DNA from: Candidatus Nomurabacteria bacterium GW2011_GWE1_32_28
Lineage (GTDB): Bacteria; Patescibacteriota; Minisyncoccia; Phycocordibacterales; UBA9973
Reading direction: 5' to 3'
Assembly (NCBI GenBank): GCA_000989515.1
Contig: LBOM01000004.1
Location: 56,149 to 120,148 of the forward strand
DNA: 64,000 bases
Shown: piece after piece, positions 10,173-21,610 of the stretch
How positions within the stretch are numbered: the first letter of the stretch is position 1
How the letters are laid out: each line of letters opens with the position of its first letter
Notes under the pieces: model-generated
What the model was told of the DNA's origin: nothing
The model's database searches: none
The model's input: the letters and a program-made list of their open reading frames with translations, nothing else
Made by a program: the position numbers and the translations under genes

Positions 10173-12542
10173 TTATTTATCTAAAGGATCCTCCATTTTT
10201 TCTTTTTGAGCCTCCTCAGCTAACACATCATCAACAGAACAAACACCAGAGACACAAGCAAATTCTTTTGCACCGACAGTATTGTCTTCCTGTTCGTAAT
10301 AAATAAGTTTAGAAAAATCAATATGTTTTATTTCTTTGATTCTTCTATTGTATTCTTCCTTTGAAATTTCTTCATAGGGTGCGAGTTGATATACGTGTTC
10401 TGAACGAGGCAAAAAAGAAAGTCCACCAACAATATCCCAATTTTCATACACAAAGTTTGCAACTTTTATCCATTCATCTTCTCCTACATATATAGTGACA
10501 GAAGGATTGTGTTCAATATAATTGACTTTTAATCTTTTCCATTCATTAAGCAAATCAATTGCAGAGACTTTGTCACGGGTTATTGCTCCCTCTGGTGCTT
10601 TTATCGGGAATTCAACTACAGCAACTGTAGAATTAGAAGTGGAATATCCAACTTCAGCTTTAAATGGAACTCCTTGATCTTTAATTAACTGGAAGAGTGG
10701 ATCATTTGTAGAAATACGAACACGTCTAATATAATATTCTGCATACCATGGATGCATACCTGAACCAACATAAAGAAGCTGTCCAGAATTGCCGTGAGGT
10801 TTAATAGTCGTTATACAAGTAGAATATTTAATACCAAACTTTTTAGCATATTCTCTGTTTGTTTTTATAGATTCTTCTCGAAGTTTTGACAAAACATCAT
10901 CTGATCTAATTATTTGATTGTCATAATATCCTGTAATAGAGACACCAAGCAATGCTTCATCATCACAGTTATTTTTCCATTCTTTTGATAAATATCCAAA
11001 ATGAGTTAACGTCGCCTGGTAAGTACCTAATATTGTAGAAAGTCTTACTTTTCTTTTTAAATCTTCAATACTATCTTTGGGGCGAACAACGATAGAAGTA
11101 AGATTACAAAATTGTTTAGAGCGAAGAGTTATCTCTCCACAAGGATTTGATCCTGGTAAACCTACAATTACATTTTGATCATCGATGATTCCAGCTTCTT
11201 TCCAATTTTCAATTCTACGTTTTGGAAGCTGTGTCATCAGACCTCCTCTATTAAATATACCTCTTTCCCCTGTTCCTGATTTTATCAATTCCAGCCATTC
11301 ATTTAAAAATTCTGAAGCTGATGGTTTTTGATTATAAACAGCTGAGTTGTTTGCCATTGAACGCTGTCCATTATCTATCCAAAATTGCCCCTGTTTTGAT
11401 TTACGCATTGATTCATCATCAATATCAGAAAGAGATATCAAAGCACTACGACGAACTCCACCAGCTACGACAATAAGACCAATCTGACAAATAATATCGT
11501 GAAGATCTAAATTAGTAAGACGTTTTGCTTGCCTTGCTAAAATCTTCTTTTTTGTAAAATTCATTAAATCAATCAAAGGCTGAGGACCAGAAGCACGCCC
11601 ACCAGCGATCTTCAAGCGCGCACCAGATGGACGAACCTTGCTATAATCAAAATCAATATCATATCCATCAGCCCAAGTTTTACAACCTAAGACATAAGCA
11701 TCTGCCCAGCCTTCTTTGCTATCTTCTACAAAATGAGTAGCAAGCTTTTTCCCTGTTTGTCTTCTAATCTGGGGAAATTTCTGTACAGTTTCTGATTCAA
11801 TAGAAAAACCTAAACCAGCACCACACATCAATATGTACATCGTCTCACCTAAATCTTGCCAAGCAGAAGGAGCAATATAAGAACAGTTGTAAGCCCATAC
11901 ATTTGTTTTTTTACATGCTTCTCCAGCAGACCAAAGCAATCTCATTGATGGACAAATCTCTTGGTTTAGAATCCCCTCTCTTACATCAGAATAATCTCTT
12001 GAGGATAATTTATTACCAAGATTTTCTTTCATATAAATCATAAAACGATCTATCGTTTCTACCCATGTTTCTCGTCTACCTAAACCATCTTGCCATTTTG
12101 AATAAGTTCTGTAAAAAATAAATTCTTCATAAGAACTGACAAAATAAGAACTTGATTCATCAAAAACTTTCTTATTTTCAGGAGGAACGGTACCTACTTC
12201 ACGTCTCAATTCTGCTCTTTTTGACCTATATAAAATATAGGATTTTGCAGTAGAATGATAGCCTAAATCCATAAGTTCAGCTTCTACAAGGTCCTGTATT
12301 ATCTCAACTGTTGGAATAAATTTCTTTTCTTTACTTTTTATTTTTAGATTAACTAATTTGTGGAAGACCTTGGTCGCTACATCTTTTGCTTCTTTTTTTT
12401 CTCCTTCATTGGTTATTAAAAATGCCTTATAGACTGCATCTGCAATTTTATTTATATTAAAAGGAATTATTTCTCCTTCACGATTTCTAATATTTTTAAT
12501 CTTAATTAATTCCTCTTTTCCTAAAATAAAATCTTTTTCCAT
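10173..12542 (-). CDS. nrdJ: Class II (B12-dependent) ribonucleotide reductase with N-terminal ATP cone
   Basis: ATP cone, RTYS...RRETW, YNC, GGVRRSALISL, NPCGEI, FCNL, C-terminal ACVSGVC. Confidence 0.92.
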   Translation of the reverse strand: MEKDFILGKEELIKIKNIRNREGEIIPFNINKIADAVYKAFLITNEGEKKEAKDVATKVFHKLVNLKIKSKEKKFIPTVEIIQDLVEAELMDLGYHSTAKSYILYRSKRAELRREVGTVPPENKKVFDESSSYFVSSYEEFIFYRTYSKWQDGLGRRETWVETIDRFMIYMKENLGNKLSSRDYSDVREGILNQEICPSMRLLWSAGEACKKTNVWAYNCSYIAPSAWQDLGETMYILMCGAGLGFSIESETVQKFPQIRRQTGKKLATHFVEDSKEGWADAYVLGCKTWADGYDIDFDYSKVRPSGARLKIAGGRASGPQPLIDLMNFTKKKILARQAKRLTNLDLHDIICQIGLIVVAGGVRRSALISLSDIDDESMRKSKQGQFWIDNGQRSMANNSAVYNQKPSASEFLNEWLELIKSGTGERGIFNRGGLMTQLPKRRIENWKEAGIIDDQNVIVGLPGSNPCGEITLRSKQFCNLTSIVVRPKDSIEDLKRKVRLSTILGTYQATLTHFGYLSKEWKNNCDDEALLGVSITGYYDNQIIRSDDVLSKLREESIKTNREYAKKFGIKYSTCITTIKPHGNSGQLLYVGSGMHPWYAEYYIRRVRISTNDPLFQLIKDQGVPFKAEVGYSTSNSTVAVVEFPIKAPEGAITRDKVSAIDLLNEWKRLKVNYIEHNPSVTIYVGEDEWIKVANFVYENWDIVGGLSFLPRSEHVYQLAPYEEISKEEYNRRIKEIKHIDFSKLIYYEQEDNTVGAKEFACVSGVCSVDDVLAEEAQKEKMEDPLDK

Positions 12543-12671
12543 GGAGCAATTATACTTCCAAAAAATAATTTATGCTAGCAAAAATTGGCAAAAATTAGTA
12601 AAAAAACTACAAATAAAACAATTTAAAAAGGCTGTAAATAGCTGTTTTTTTAGAGGCTGAAATAGCAAGCC

Positions 12672-13142
12672 CTAAGAGGACAAAAATTCTACCATGTCTC
12701 CTTCTTTTAAATTATTTTTTTCAGAAAATGAAGAAAACACCTCTAAAACATACTTCGAGTCATTGCTTGGTGCAAAACTTTCTGGATATGACTCTGGCTT
12801 CGCGTCTTTTTTAATATAAACTACTTTAAAATCATCAGAAATCCATATAATATCTATAGGAAAATTCATATCTTTCATCCAAAAAGCATATTTATCTGCA
12901 TGATCAAAAACAAAAAGCATAGATTCATCCTCTTTTAATTCTTTCCTGCCCGAAAGACCTCTCTCTTGAGCTTCAGGAGTTAAAGCTAACTCAACTTTTA
13001 AAGTTTTCTCTGCTATCCTTATATAATTTAAATTTTTAATTTCAATTGTTTTTGTAAAATTGTTATTTTCTGTAACTAAAAAAAACCCTATTATAAAAAT
13101 AATAACAACTAAAAGAACAGAGAGATTATTTTTACTAAACAT
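12672..13142 (-). CDS. DUF192 family protein
   Basis: VELALTPEAQERGLSGR...MLFVF...FWMKDMNFPIDIIWI...YVLE. Confidence 0.9.
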   Translation of the reverse strand: MFSKNNLSVLLVVIIFIIGFFLVTENNNFTKTIEIKNLNYIRIAEKTLKVELALTPEAQERGLSGRKELKEDESMLFVFDHADKYAFWMKDMNFPIDIIWISDDFKVVYIKKDAKPESYPESFAPSNDSKYVLEVFSSFSEKNNLKEGDMVEFLSS

Positions 13143-13199
13143 TTTTTATAAATTCGCCTACCTACTCATAAGCAGGTAATTGTTAATTCGTAATTGAAT

Positions 13200-14600
13200 C
13201 TACTTAGGATCTCCATTCCAGCCAAAAAGCTTACCAACACTTTCTGCTGTCTCATGTTTACGAACAATCTTCACTTCTCCATCCTTCGCAATTATTTTTG
13301 CAGGAAGAGAAAGTAGACAATGATGTGATGCAAGAGAATCTTGATAAGCACCCGTATCTAAAATAGCAATATATTGATCTTCTCCATTTATTTTTGGTAA
13401 AAGAATATAATCCCCACCAGCTGTATATTTATCATCAGAATCACAAGAACTTCCAGCGAGCCAAACACGCTTAAGTGGACTCGCCATATTATTTACAGGT
13501 ATTGTATGCCATTTTTGATGCACTGCCCAAGTATCTTTTAAATCATTCATAAAACTACCATCAATAACATACCAAGCTTTTGCATTAGCTTTATCAATAT
13601 ATTTTTTAGAGATTACTTTATAGATAGTTATTTGAGCTGGATCAACAATATACCAACCCCATTCTATTGCTAAATTTGGGTGTCTTATGCCAGCCTTGTC
13701 TGATAAATTTTTTAATAATTTTATTATTTTACTTGAAACAACTTTCGCAGTATAAAATTTCTTTTTTTCATGGGAAATACCAAATCCACCACCAATATCT
13801 AATGTATCAAGTGAGGGATATAATTTTTGTAATTGAGTATAAATACCAAAAGCATATTTTACTCCTTCTAAAATACTTTTTTGTGTTTTTATTTGTGAAC
13901 CTAAATGATAATGAAGGATTTTTAAATTCTTCATTTTAGGTAAACTCCAGATATCTTTTTCTGAAAGTCCAAAACGGTCAAATTTCTTATCCCAACGTGT
14001 GTCAGATTTTATAGATAAATCTACACGCACACCTATGTCACCCTTATATTTTGAAATTCTTTCAACCTCTTCTGGCCCTTCTATTATAGGTATGATGGTC
14101 ATACCTTTAGCACGTAATTCTTCAATCAAATCTAGATATTGATCAGTCTTTGGACCATTGCAAAGTACACGAATTTTAGGATTAAATTTCTCTCCTTCCC
14201 AAAGTTTTTTGACAAGCCAAAGTTCATTTGCTGATGTTACTTCTAAATTTGCACCTTCTGAAATTAAAGGTAATACAAATTCTTTATTCTGATTTACTTT
14301 CATTGGGTAATGATAAAAAAACTTACCTTTATATCCTAAAATCTTTATATATGCTTGAAAATAACCTATTAAATCTTTAAGTCTATCTTCTAGTACAGAA
14401 GGTAGAATTATTTGAAGAGGTGTTCCATACTTGCGAGCAAGATCATGTAAGTTGTATATGTGATGACCTTCGGTCGCAATAAGTTCATTGTCTTTACTCA
14501 CACCCAAAAATTGAGTATTAAATTCCTCTGCTCCTAGCTTCCAAAATTTCTTCCAATTTTTTCCTTTTTTTATTTGTTTTTTTATTTTTTTCTTGACCAT
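13200..14600 (-). CDS. speA: PLP-dependent group IV decarboxylase, arginine decarboxylase-like (short form)
   Basis: YPMKVNQ (PLP lysine), CNGPK, HYHLGSQ, DIGGG, SCDSD, GAYQ. Confidence 0.75.
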   Translation of the reverse strand: MVKKKIKKQIKKGKNWKKFWKLGAEEFNTQFLGVSKDNELIATEGHHIYNLHDLARKYGTPLQIILPSVLEDRLKDLIGYFQAYIKILGYKGKFFYHYPMKVNQNKEFVLPLISEGANLEVTSANELWLVKKLWEGEKFNPKIRVLCNGPKTDQYLDLIEELRAKGMTIIPIIEGPEEVERISKYKGDIGVRVDLSIKSDTRWDKKFDRFGLSEKDIWSLPKMKNLKILHYHLGSQIKTQKSILEGVKYAFGIYTQLQKLYPSLDTLDIGGGFGISHEKKKFYTAKVVSSKIIKLLKNLSDKAGIRHPNLAIEWGWYIVDPAQITIYKVISKKYIDKANAKAWYVIDGSFMNDLKDTWAVHQKWHTIPVNNMASPLKRVWLAGSSCDSDDKYTAGGDYILLPKINGEDQYIAILDTGAYQDSLASHHCLLSLPAKIIAKDGEVKIVRKHETAESVGKLFGWNGDPK

Positions 14601-14644
14601 TTAATTAAGCTATAGTATAACAATTTTTTAAAAAATGTAAATAG

Positions 14645-16000
<1,356 letters not shown>

Positions 16001-16026
16001 CTATCATATATGTTAGTCTAAGCTTT

Positions 16027-17709
16027 TTAATAAACTTCCCGCTGATAACATTTCTCGCAATATACAATCTCCAGTCTATCGGGAGCATAAGAAGTTTTGA
16101 ATTCATTCTGACAGCCTTCCTTCATACATTTTCGATGCCAAAGTTTATTTGGTCCACGATTCTCAAAACGTTTTACATGTCTGCACTCTGGACAAATTCT
16201 AGGAATTGGTATTTCTAACTTTTTATAAAAAGAAAGTTCGTCAATAATAATACGGTAATTTTTTCTACATTCTAAACAAATAAAAACTTCTTTAACAACA
16301 TCAAAATCTTTTGGTAAGTTATTTATTGAATCCGGAAAACTTTTCCAATCAATTGTTTCTTTGCCATAAGTTCCCCGTTCTGTATCTTCCCACTTAAAAC
16401 CTAGAGCAATTGCTTCTTCTTTTTTTAGGGGGAACTGTTCATAAGCTGCTGTCTCATTATAACCAAAAGAACTTATACTTGATGGGAAAAAATTTCCCCA
16501 CTCTTCTTTTTCTTTCATTTTAGAAATTATTTTAATTTTTAGTTTTTCATATTCTTCTTTTGTATATTGTTTATTTAAAATACAGTAATCTTTTTTGCGA
16601 AGACCAACACAACCTAAAATATTATTACAGTTGAAACAATAAGTTGAATAGTATGAAAAAGTAGATGACCAACAAAGATTCGAGGATATTTGGTGAGAAG
16701 TTTCTATACCAGAATTAATTGAATTATAAATAAGTTCTGCGTTTCTTCCAGCTGTATCAACATCAAAACATTCTTTAGCATCACGCCATGTATGTACCCC
16801 ATGTTTACAATCTTCAGAATCATAACAGTGAAAACAATTCTTACAATTTCTAGAACTTTTTATATAATTCCCTGTCGAATTAACACCTTGTATAATTTCA
16901 GCATATTTCCTTGGGTTTTTTGAGATAAATTCTTTAAACTCTTCTTGAGCTTTTTTTATACCACTCTCGGTATCAAGCTTCCGTTCTTTTATAAATTTTT
17001 TATATTCATCTTTTGTGTGTGAAACATTAAAAATATTATATTTTTGTCCTCGTAAATTTACACAACCAAAACAATTCGAGCAATTTCTACAATCTAGAAG
17101 AAAAACACTGTCTAAGCAGGAATGACACCCTTTGGAAAATTTCAAATTATTACAATCATAACAATCATCAACTTCATAAGAGAGCTCAACTTTATTTGTG
17201 AAAGAACAATCAACTAAATCTTTTGATACTTGGATCCAGTAACAATTTAAGCAATTTTCATTATTAGAAGATTCAACTAACATATAACAATTTTTGTTAT
17301 CAGCTGAAATATTTGTATATTGTGACCCAGGACTTCTTACATAAATAAGAGAAATTTTTGGGACAGTTTTTAATAAATTATTATATTGATCAAGAAATGG
17401 CTTACCCGAATCATATATCAGCCCATAATCCAGCGCATTCCAATCATCTGAAAACCAACAATCGTAACACCAAACAGTATAAGGTTTATTTGGACTATAC
17501 ATTGAAATTTTATCTTTTCTACACTTGTCACATGGACGTTTATAAAAACATCTTTCATTACGAAAAGAAAGTCTCAATTGAGCCCTGCATGTTGGACAAA
17601 TAGAAGGAACAAGCACATCAATTTTCTCATAAAATTTAAAATCTTCCGGCTCGACAGTAAATTTAAGCTTACAATTTTGACATATTACATTTTGTAGACC
17701 ATATTCCAT
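16027..17709 (-). CDS. Cys-rich hypothetical protein of an expanded Parcubacteria-type family (CxxC zinc knuckles plus NC-Y repeats)
   Basis: CQNC...CPTC, repeated NCxxC/CY units, CVGLRKKDYCILNKQYTKEEY, FPSSISSFGYNET, C-terminal VYCEKCY. Confidence 0.8.
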   Translation of the reverse strand: MEYGLQNVICQNCKLKFTVEPEDFKFYEKIDVLVPSICPTCRAQLRLSFRNERCFYKRPCDKCRKDKISMYSPNKPYTVWCYDCWFSDDWNALDYGLIYDSGKPFLDQYNNLLKTVPKISLIYVRSPGSQYTNISADNKNCYMLVESSNNENCLNCYWIQVSKDLVDCSFTNKVELSYEVDDCYDCNNLKFSKGCHSCLDSVFLLDCRNCSNCFGCVNLRGQKYNIFNVSHTKDEYKKFIKERKLDTESGIKKAQEEFKEFISKNPRKYAEIIQGVNSTGNYIKSSRNCKNCFHCYDSEDCKHGVHTWRDAKECFDVDTAGRNAELIYNSINSGIETSHQISSNLCWSSTFSYYSTYCFNCNNILGCVGLRKKDYCILNKQYTKEEYEKLKIKIISKMKEKEEWGNFFPSSISSFGYNETAAYEQFPLKKEEAIALGFKWEDTERGTYGKETIDWKSFPDSINNLPKDFDVVKEVFICLECRKNYRIIIDELSFYKKLEIPIPRICPECRHVKRFENRGPNKLWHRKCMKEGCQNEFKTSYAPDRLEIVYCEKCYQREVY

Positions 17710-17759
17710 ATTCTTGATTAAACCTTATTTTATAAACTTTTTATACTTGTTAATAACTA

Positions 17760-17788
17760 TTGACTTTTGTAATACATTTTGTAATACT
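17760..17788 (+). promoter_or_regulatory. Sigma70 promoter overlapped by tandem operator-like repeats
   Basis: TTGACT-17-AATACT with extended TG. TTTTGTAATAC occurs at 17765-17775 and 17777-17787. Confidence 0.6.
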
Positions 17789-17793
17789 ATAAA

Positions 17794-17878
17794 TAGGTGT
17801 TTGGAGGGTTCGCCCTCTCACGGCATTAAGCTGTAACCAAGCACCTAACAAAGAACCCGCCCTAAAAGCGGATTTTTT
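17794..17878 (+). ncRNA. Candidate three-way-junction sRNA with intrinsic terminator
   Basis: Closing stem TAGGTGTTTGG/CCAAGCACCTA, hairpins GAGGG-TTCG-CCCTC and ACGGC-ATTAA-GCTGT. G-U pairs work only on the + strand. Terminator at 17851-17878. Confidence 0.65.
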
Positions 17879-17881
17879 GTT

Positions 17882-18358
17882 TTAATCTTCTTCTGGTATA
17901 CCATCATGCAATATTCTTTCTTTCGTTTCTTCATTCATTCCCCAAAAAGGAATTATGCTCCAAAAGAACTTTTCTCCCTTATTAATTTGTTTTACAACAA
18001 TACGAATTCTATTTCTTTTTACAACAGCAATAAATTCATAATAATTCACGGGTTTTAAAATAGAATCCGTTCTATTATGAACACGAATCCTTTCAAATTT
18101 TTTTGTTTCAAATATTCCCTGTAAGGTATAAGACATTTTTAATATTTCTGGTATTAAATGCAATAATTTAAAACGCATATACTGATCTTGTTCTAATCTG
18201 GCTTTATTCCTAGATTTAAATTTTAGATGTTCAAAGCCCTGTGCTTCAAAAGAAATTTTTTCCTTAAAATAAGGACAATAAACTTTATCAAGTGACTTAT
18301 AAAACATTTCACCTTTTTCTTTTACATCTTTAAATTGTTTATCTGTAAATTGAATCAT
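17882..18358 (-). CDS. Putative BECR/RelE-like-fold ribonuclease (toxin-like)
   Basis: VYCPYFKEKISF..GFEHL...YYEFIAVV...IRIVVKQ...KFFWSIIPFW. The pattern resembles PBECR-type nucleases; fold call is inference. Confidence 0.55.
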   Translation of the reverse strand: MIQFTDKQFKDVKEKGEMFYKSLDKVYCPYFKEKISFEAQGFEHLKFKSRNKARLEQDQYMRFKLLHLIPEILKMSYTLQGIFETKKFERIRVHNRTDSILKPVNYYEFIAVVKRNRIRIVVKQINKGEKFFWSIIPFWGMNEETKERILHDGIPEED

Positions 18359-18364
18359 AAATAA

Positions 18365-19156
18365 TTATTTCTCAACTTGCACAAACTTCAATTCTTGAAT
18401 ATTTACTGGACTAACAAGTAAAACTTTCTGGAAAGAATCACGTGGATCTGAGACAATAGTCTGAACTATTCCAATAACATAGGAATCTATGCCAGGTAAA
18501 ACAACTTCTGTCCCTTTTTCTAAAACAAAATCTCTGGGTAATATCATTTCGAAATTTCCATTACCACGACCAATCAACTGCATGAGTACATCATTACCAA
18601 CAATAACAACTTCTACTTTTTCTCCAGGATTAGAAAATAAATTAATTTTCGAATAATTAGAATATACTTCTGCAACATGTCCTAATGGGATATTTCCAAA
18701 TGCAAAAACTCTTTGCCCAGAAACCACCCCATCTTTTGCGCCTATATCTATTATAATAGTACTATATATAGATTGATTTTGTTTTGATAAAATAGTGGCT
18801 AAAATCATATCACTATCTTTATGTTTGCGTCCTAGGATTTCTTTAATTTTATAATTTTCTTCTAGAATAGAATTATAATTAGAAATTCTTGCTTCTTGTT
18901 CATCTAATTTAAATTTTAAATTTTCATTTTCTAATAAAAGAGATTTTTTAAAATAAAAATAAGAACCAGTTCCAGATATTATCTGACCAATATTATTTCC
19001 TAAAACCAAAACAGGACGAAAAACAAAATAAGAAAAACTAGAAAGTCTATTAAAAACAGGACTTCTAAAATAAGCCAAAACACATAAAACTAAAAAAGAA
19101 ATTATATATTTGATTAACTTATTTCTTTTTGTTTTTTTATCTAGGAGGTAACTCAT
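18365..19156 (-). CDS. mreC: Rod shape-determining protein MreC
   Basis: N-terminal TM, coiled coil LLLENENLK, IIIDIG.KDGV. Directly downstream of mreB. Confidence 0.9.
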   Translation of the reverse strand: MSYLLDKKTKRNKLIKYIISFLVLCVLAYFRSPVFNRLSSFSYFVFRPVLVLGNNIGQIISGTGSYFYFKKSLLLENENLKFKLDEQEARISNYNSILEENYKIKEILGRKHKDSDMILATILSKQNQSIYSTIIIDIGAKDGVVSGQRVFAFGNIPLGHVAEVYSNYSKINLFSNPGEKVEVVIVGNDVLMQLIGRGNGNFEMILPRDFVLEKGTEVVLPGIDSYVIGIVQTIVSDPRDSFQKVLLVSPVNIQELKFVQVEK

Positions 19157-20183
19157 CTTGATTGCCAATTAAAACTTCTTTAAAAAACTCTACGTCATCT
19201 AAAATGACACCAGTACCACGCGCAACAGCAGAAAGTGGATCATCTACAACATATACAGGTATTTTAAGAACATTTTGCAATAATTCTGCAAGACCTGGTA
19301 ATAGTGCACCACCACCAGAAAGAGTAATACCTTTGTGCATTACATCAGACAAAATTTCAGGAGGTGTCGTTTCAAGCACATCTTTTACACCTTCTATGAG
19401 TTCTTTAATGGATTGAGAAAATGCTTCACGAATATCAGAATCAGTAACAACCACTTCACGAGGTAATCCTGTTAATAAATCACGTCCACGTACTTCTGTC
19501 TCCATATATTCTCCTGGAAGCACAGAACCGACGACTATTTTAACCATTTCAGCAGTGGTCTCTCCTATTAAGATCTTAAACTCATCACGCATATACGTGA
19601 TAATATCATTATTAAATTTATCTCCTGCAATTTTTAAATTTTTTGATTTAACAATTCCACCCAAAGAAATAACAGCAATATCTGTCGTACCACCACCAAT
19701 ATCTATTATCATAGATCCAACAGGATCTTTTATTGGAAGTCTTATACCAATAGCAGCGGCCATTGGTTCTTCTACTAAAAATACTTCTCTTGCTCCAGCT
19801 GAACGAGCAGCATCATAAACAGCACGTGTCTCAACATTTGTTGTACCAGAAGGTACACCGACAATAACTCTTGGTTTAATAAATTTCTTAGAAATTTTAT
19901 CCGCCTTATTTATTAAATAAGAAAGCATTTCTTCTGTAACTTCAAAATCTGAGATAACACCATCCACAAGAGGGCGAACTGCTCTAATATGTCCAGGTGT
20001 ACGTCCTAACATATCTTTTGCTTTCTCTCCAACAGCAAGTATCTGGTTTGTTTTTACATTTACAGCAACCACAGAAGGTTCATTGATTACGATACCATGA
20101 CCTTTTAAATAAACTAAGGTATTTGATGTACCCAGATCTATTCCTATGTCATTCGATATTAATTTATAAATTTTATCAAACAT
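19137..20183 (-). CDS. mreB: Actin-like protein MreB
   Basis: IGIDLGTSNT, EEPMAAAIG, DIGGGTTDIA, LSGGGALL. Confidence 0.97.
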   Translation of the reverse strand: MFDKIYKLISNDIGIDLGTSNTLVYLKGHGIVINEPSVVAVNVKTNQILAVGEKAKDMLGRTPGHIRAVRPLVDGVISDFEVTEEMLSYLINKADKISKKFIKPRVIVGVPSGTTNVETRAVYDAARSAGAREVFLVEEPMAAAIGIRLPIKDPVGSMIIDIGGGTTDIAVISLGGIVKSKNLKIAGDKFNNDIITYMRDEFKILIGETTAEMVKIVVGSVLPGEYMETEVRGRDLLTGLPREVVVTDSDIREAFSQSIKELIEGVKDVLETTPPEILSDVMHKGITLSGGGALLPGLAELLQNVLKIPVYVVDDPLSAVARGTGVILDDVEFFKEVLIGNQDELPPR

Positions 20184-20212
20184 AATATAAAACAGCTTAC
20201 AGATTTTAAATA

Positions 20213-21469
20213 TTAACTTACAGTTTTTAAAATATTAATCAATTCATCAAGAGAAACAATCTTACCTTTTTCTTCATTTCTTTTTTTTATTTCTATTCCT
20301 TTTTCTTTCATACTTCTAGAAGAAATAACTAGACGAAAAGGAATACCTAGTAAGTCTGCATCTGCAAATTTTTCACCAGGAGATAAATCATTCCTATCAT
20401 CAAAAAGTACTTCTATGTTTTCCTTTATTAAAGCATCATATACAAAATTCGCTTCTTTTTTAACATCTTCATTATCACTCAAAGAAAGAAGATGTACTTT
20501 AAATGGAGCGATAGATTCAGGCCAAATTATACCCTTGTCGTCAGAAAGAGCCTCAACAACAGTGCCCATAAGACGCCCAGGACCAATACCATAAGAACCC
20601 ATAAAGACAGGCCTAGATTCTCCTGTTTCTGTCTGATATTTTAAATCAAGAACATCTGAAAAACGAGTCCCTAAGGTAAATATATTACCCACTTCTACAG
20701 CTTTTGTTTCTTTAAAATTATCGCCAAGACCTAAATCTTTTTTAATTTCATCTGTAAAAACTTCTTTATTAATAGCAATATTATTTTCTTCATTAATATA
20801 AATAGTATCTTCCCCCGTAGAAGAAATCGTTTGAAATTCATGAGAGAATTTTGAGAAAGAACCACCTGAAGCAAAAGTCAAATAAGTCAAATGTCCTATA
20901 CCTACTCTTTTAAAAATATTCTTATACGCTATTTTTGCTTTTTCATAAAATTCATTATGTTCATGTTCGTCTCTAGAGAAAGAATAAAGATCTTTCATTA
21001 CAAATTCTCGAGTACGCATTATTCCACTTTTTGCACGAGTCTCATTACGAAATTTTGTTTGGAATTGATACACAAAACATGGCAAATCACGATATGAACT
21101 AATATAATTTTTCATAATGTTGGTTAGGGGTTCTTCATGTGTAAAACCCAAACCAAGCTCAGTATCATTTTTTAATTTTGTCTTAAACCATATATCTACT
21201 TTTTCATCATCAAAACGATCTGTTTTTTTCCAAAGTTCTGGATTCTGAAGTGCGGTCATTACAATTTCTTGTCCACCAATGGCATTCACCTCTTCACGAA
21301 TAATATTTTCTATGTTTTTTAGAACACGTAAACCAAGAGGTAAATATGAGTATACTCCTGCCATTTCTTTATTGATAAAACCACCTCGAATAAGAAGCTC
21401 TGCATTTTTTGACACTTCATCTGTTGGTGCCTCTTTTTTTGTTTTAGTAAAAAGCTTAGATTGTCTCAT
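20213..21469 (-). CDS. proS: Proline--tRNA ligase (short, no editing domain)
   Basis: MRQSKLF, KFRNETRAKSGIMRTREFVMKDLYSF, MGSYGIG, GEKFADADLLGIP. Confidence 0.95.
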   Translation of the reverse strand: MRQSKLFTKTKKEAPTDEVSKNAELLIRGGFINKEMAGVYSYLPLGLRVLKNIENIIREEVNAIGGQEIVMTALQNPELWKKTDRFDDEKVDIWFKTKLKNDTELGLGFTHEEPLTNIMKNYISSYRDLPCFVYQFQTKFRNETRAKSGIMRTREFVMKDLYSFSRDEHEHNEFYEKAKIAYKNIFKRVGIGHLTYLTFASGGSFSKFSHEFQTISSTGEDTIYINEENNIAINKEVFTDEIKKDLGLGDNFKETKAVEVGNIFTLGTRFSDVLDLKYQTETGESRPVFMGSYGIGPGRLMGTVVEALSDDKGIIWPESIAPFKVHLLSLSDNEDVKKEANFVYDALIKENIEVLFDDRNDLSPGEKFADADLLGIPFRLVISSRSMKEKGIEIKKRNEEKGKIVSLDELINILKTVS

Positions 21470-21610
21470 TCATTCATATTACCTTAAAACTTCTTGCTTT
21501 GCAAAAAGTTTAGACGATTTAATTTCTATTAAATTTAGCCTAAAAAGAGTCTTTTTTACAAAATTCTATATCATTTGCAAAATTGTCTTTCTTCTGCTAG
21601 AATAGCTCTT

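Noticed and set aside
12543-12670. NrdR boxes upstream of nrdJ
   Set aside because: No convincing palindromic pair found.
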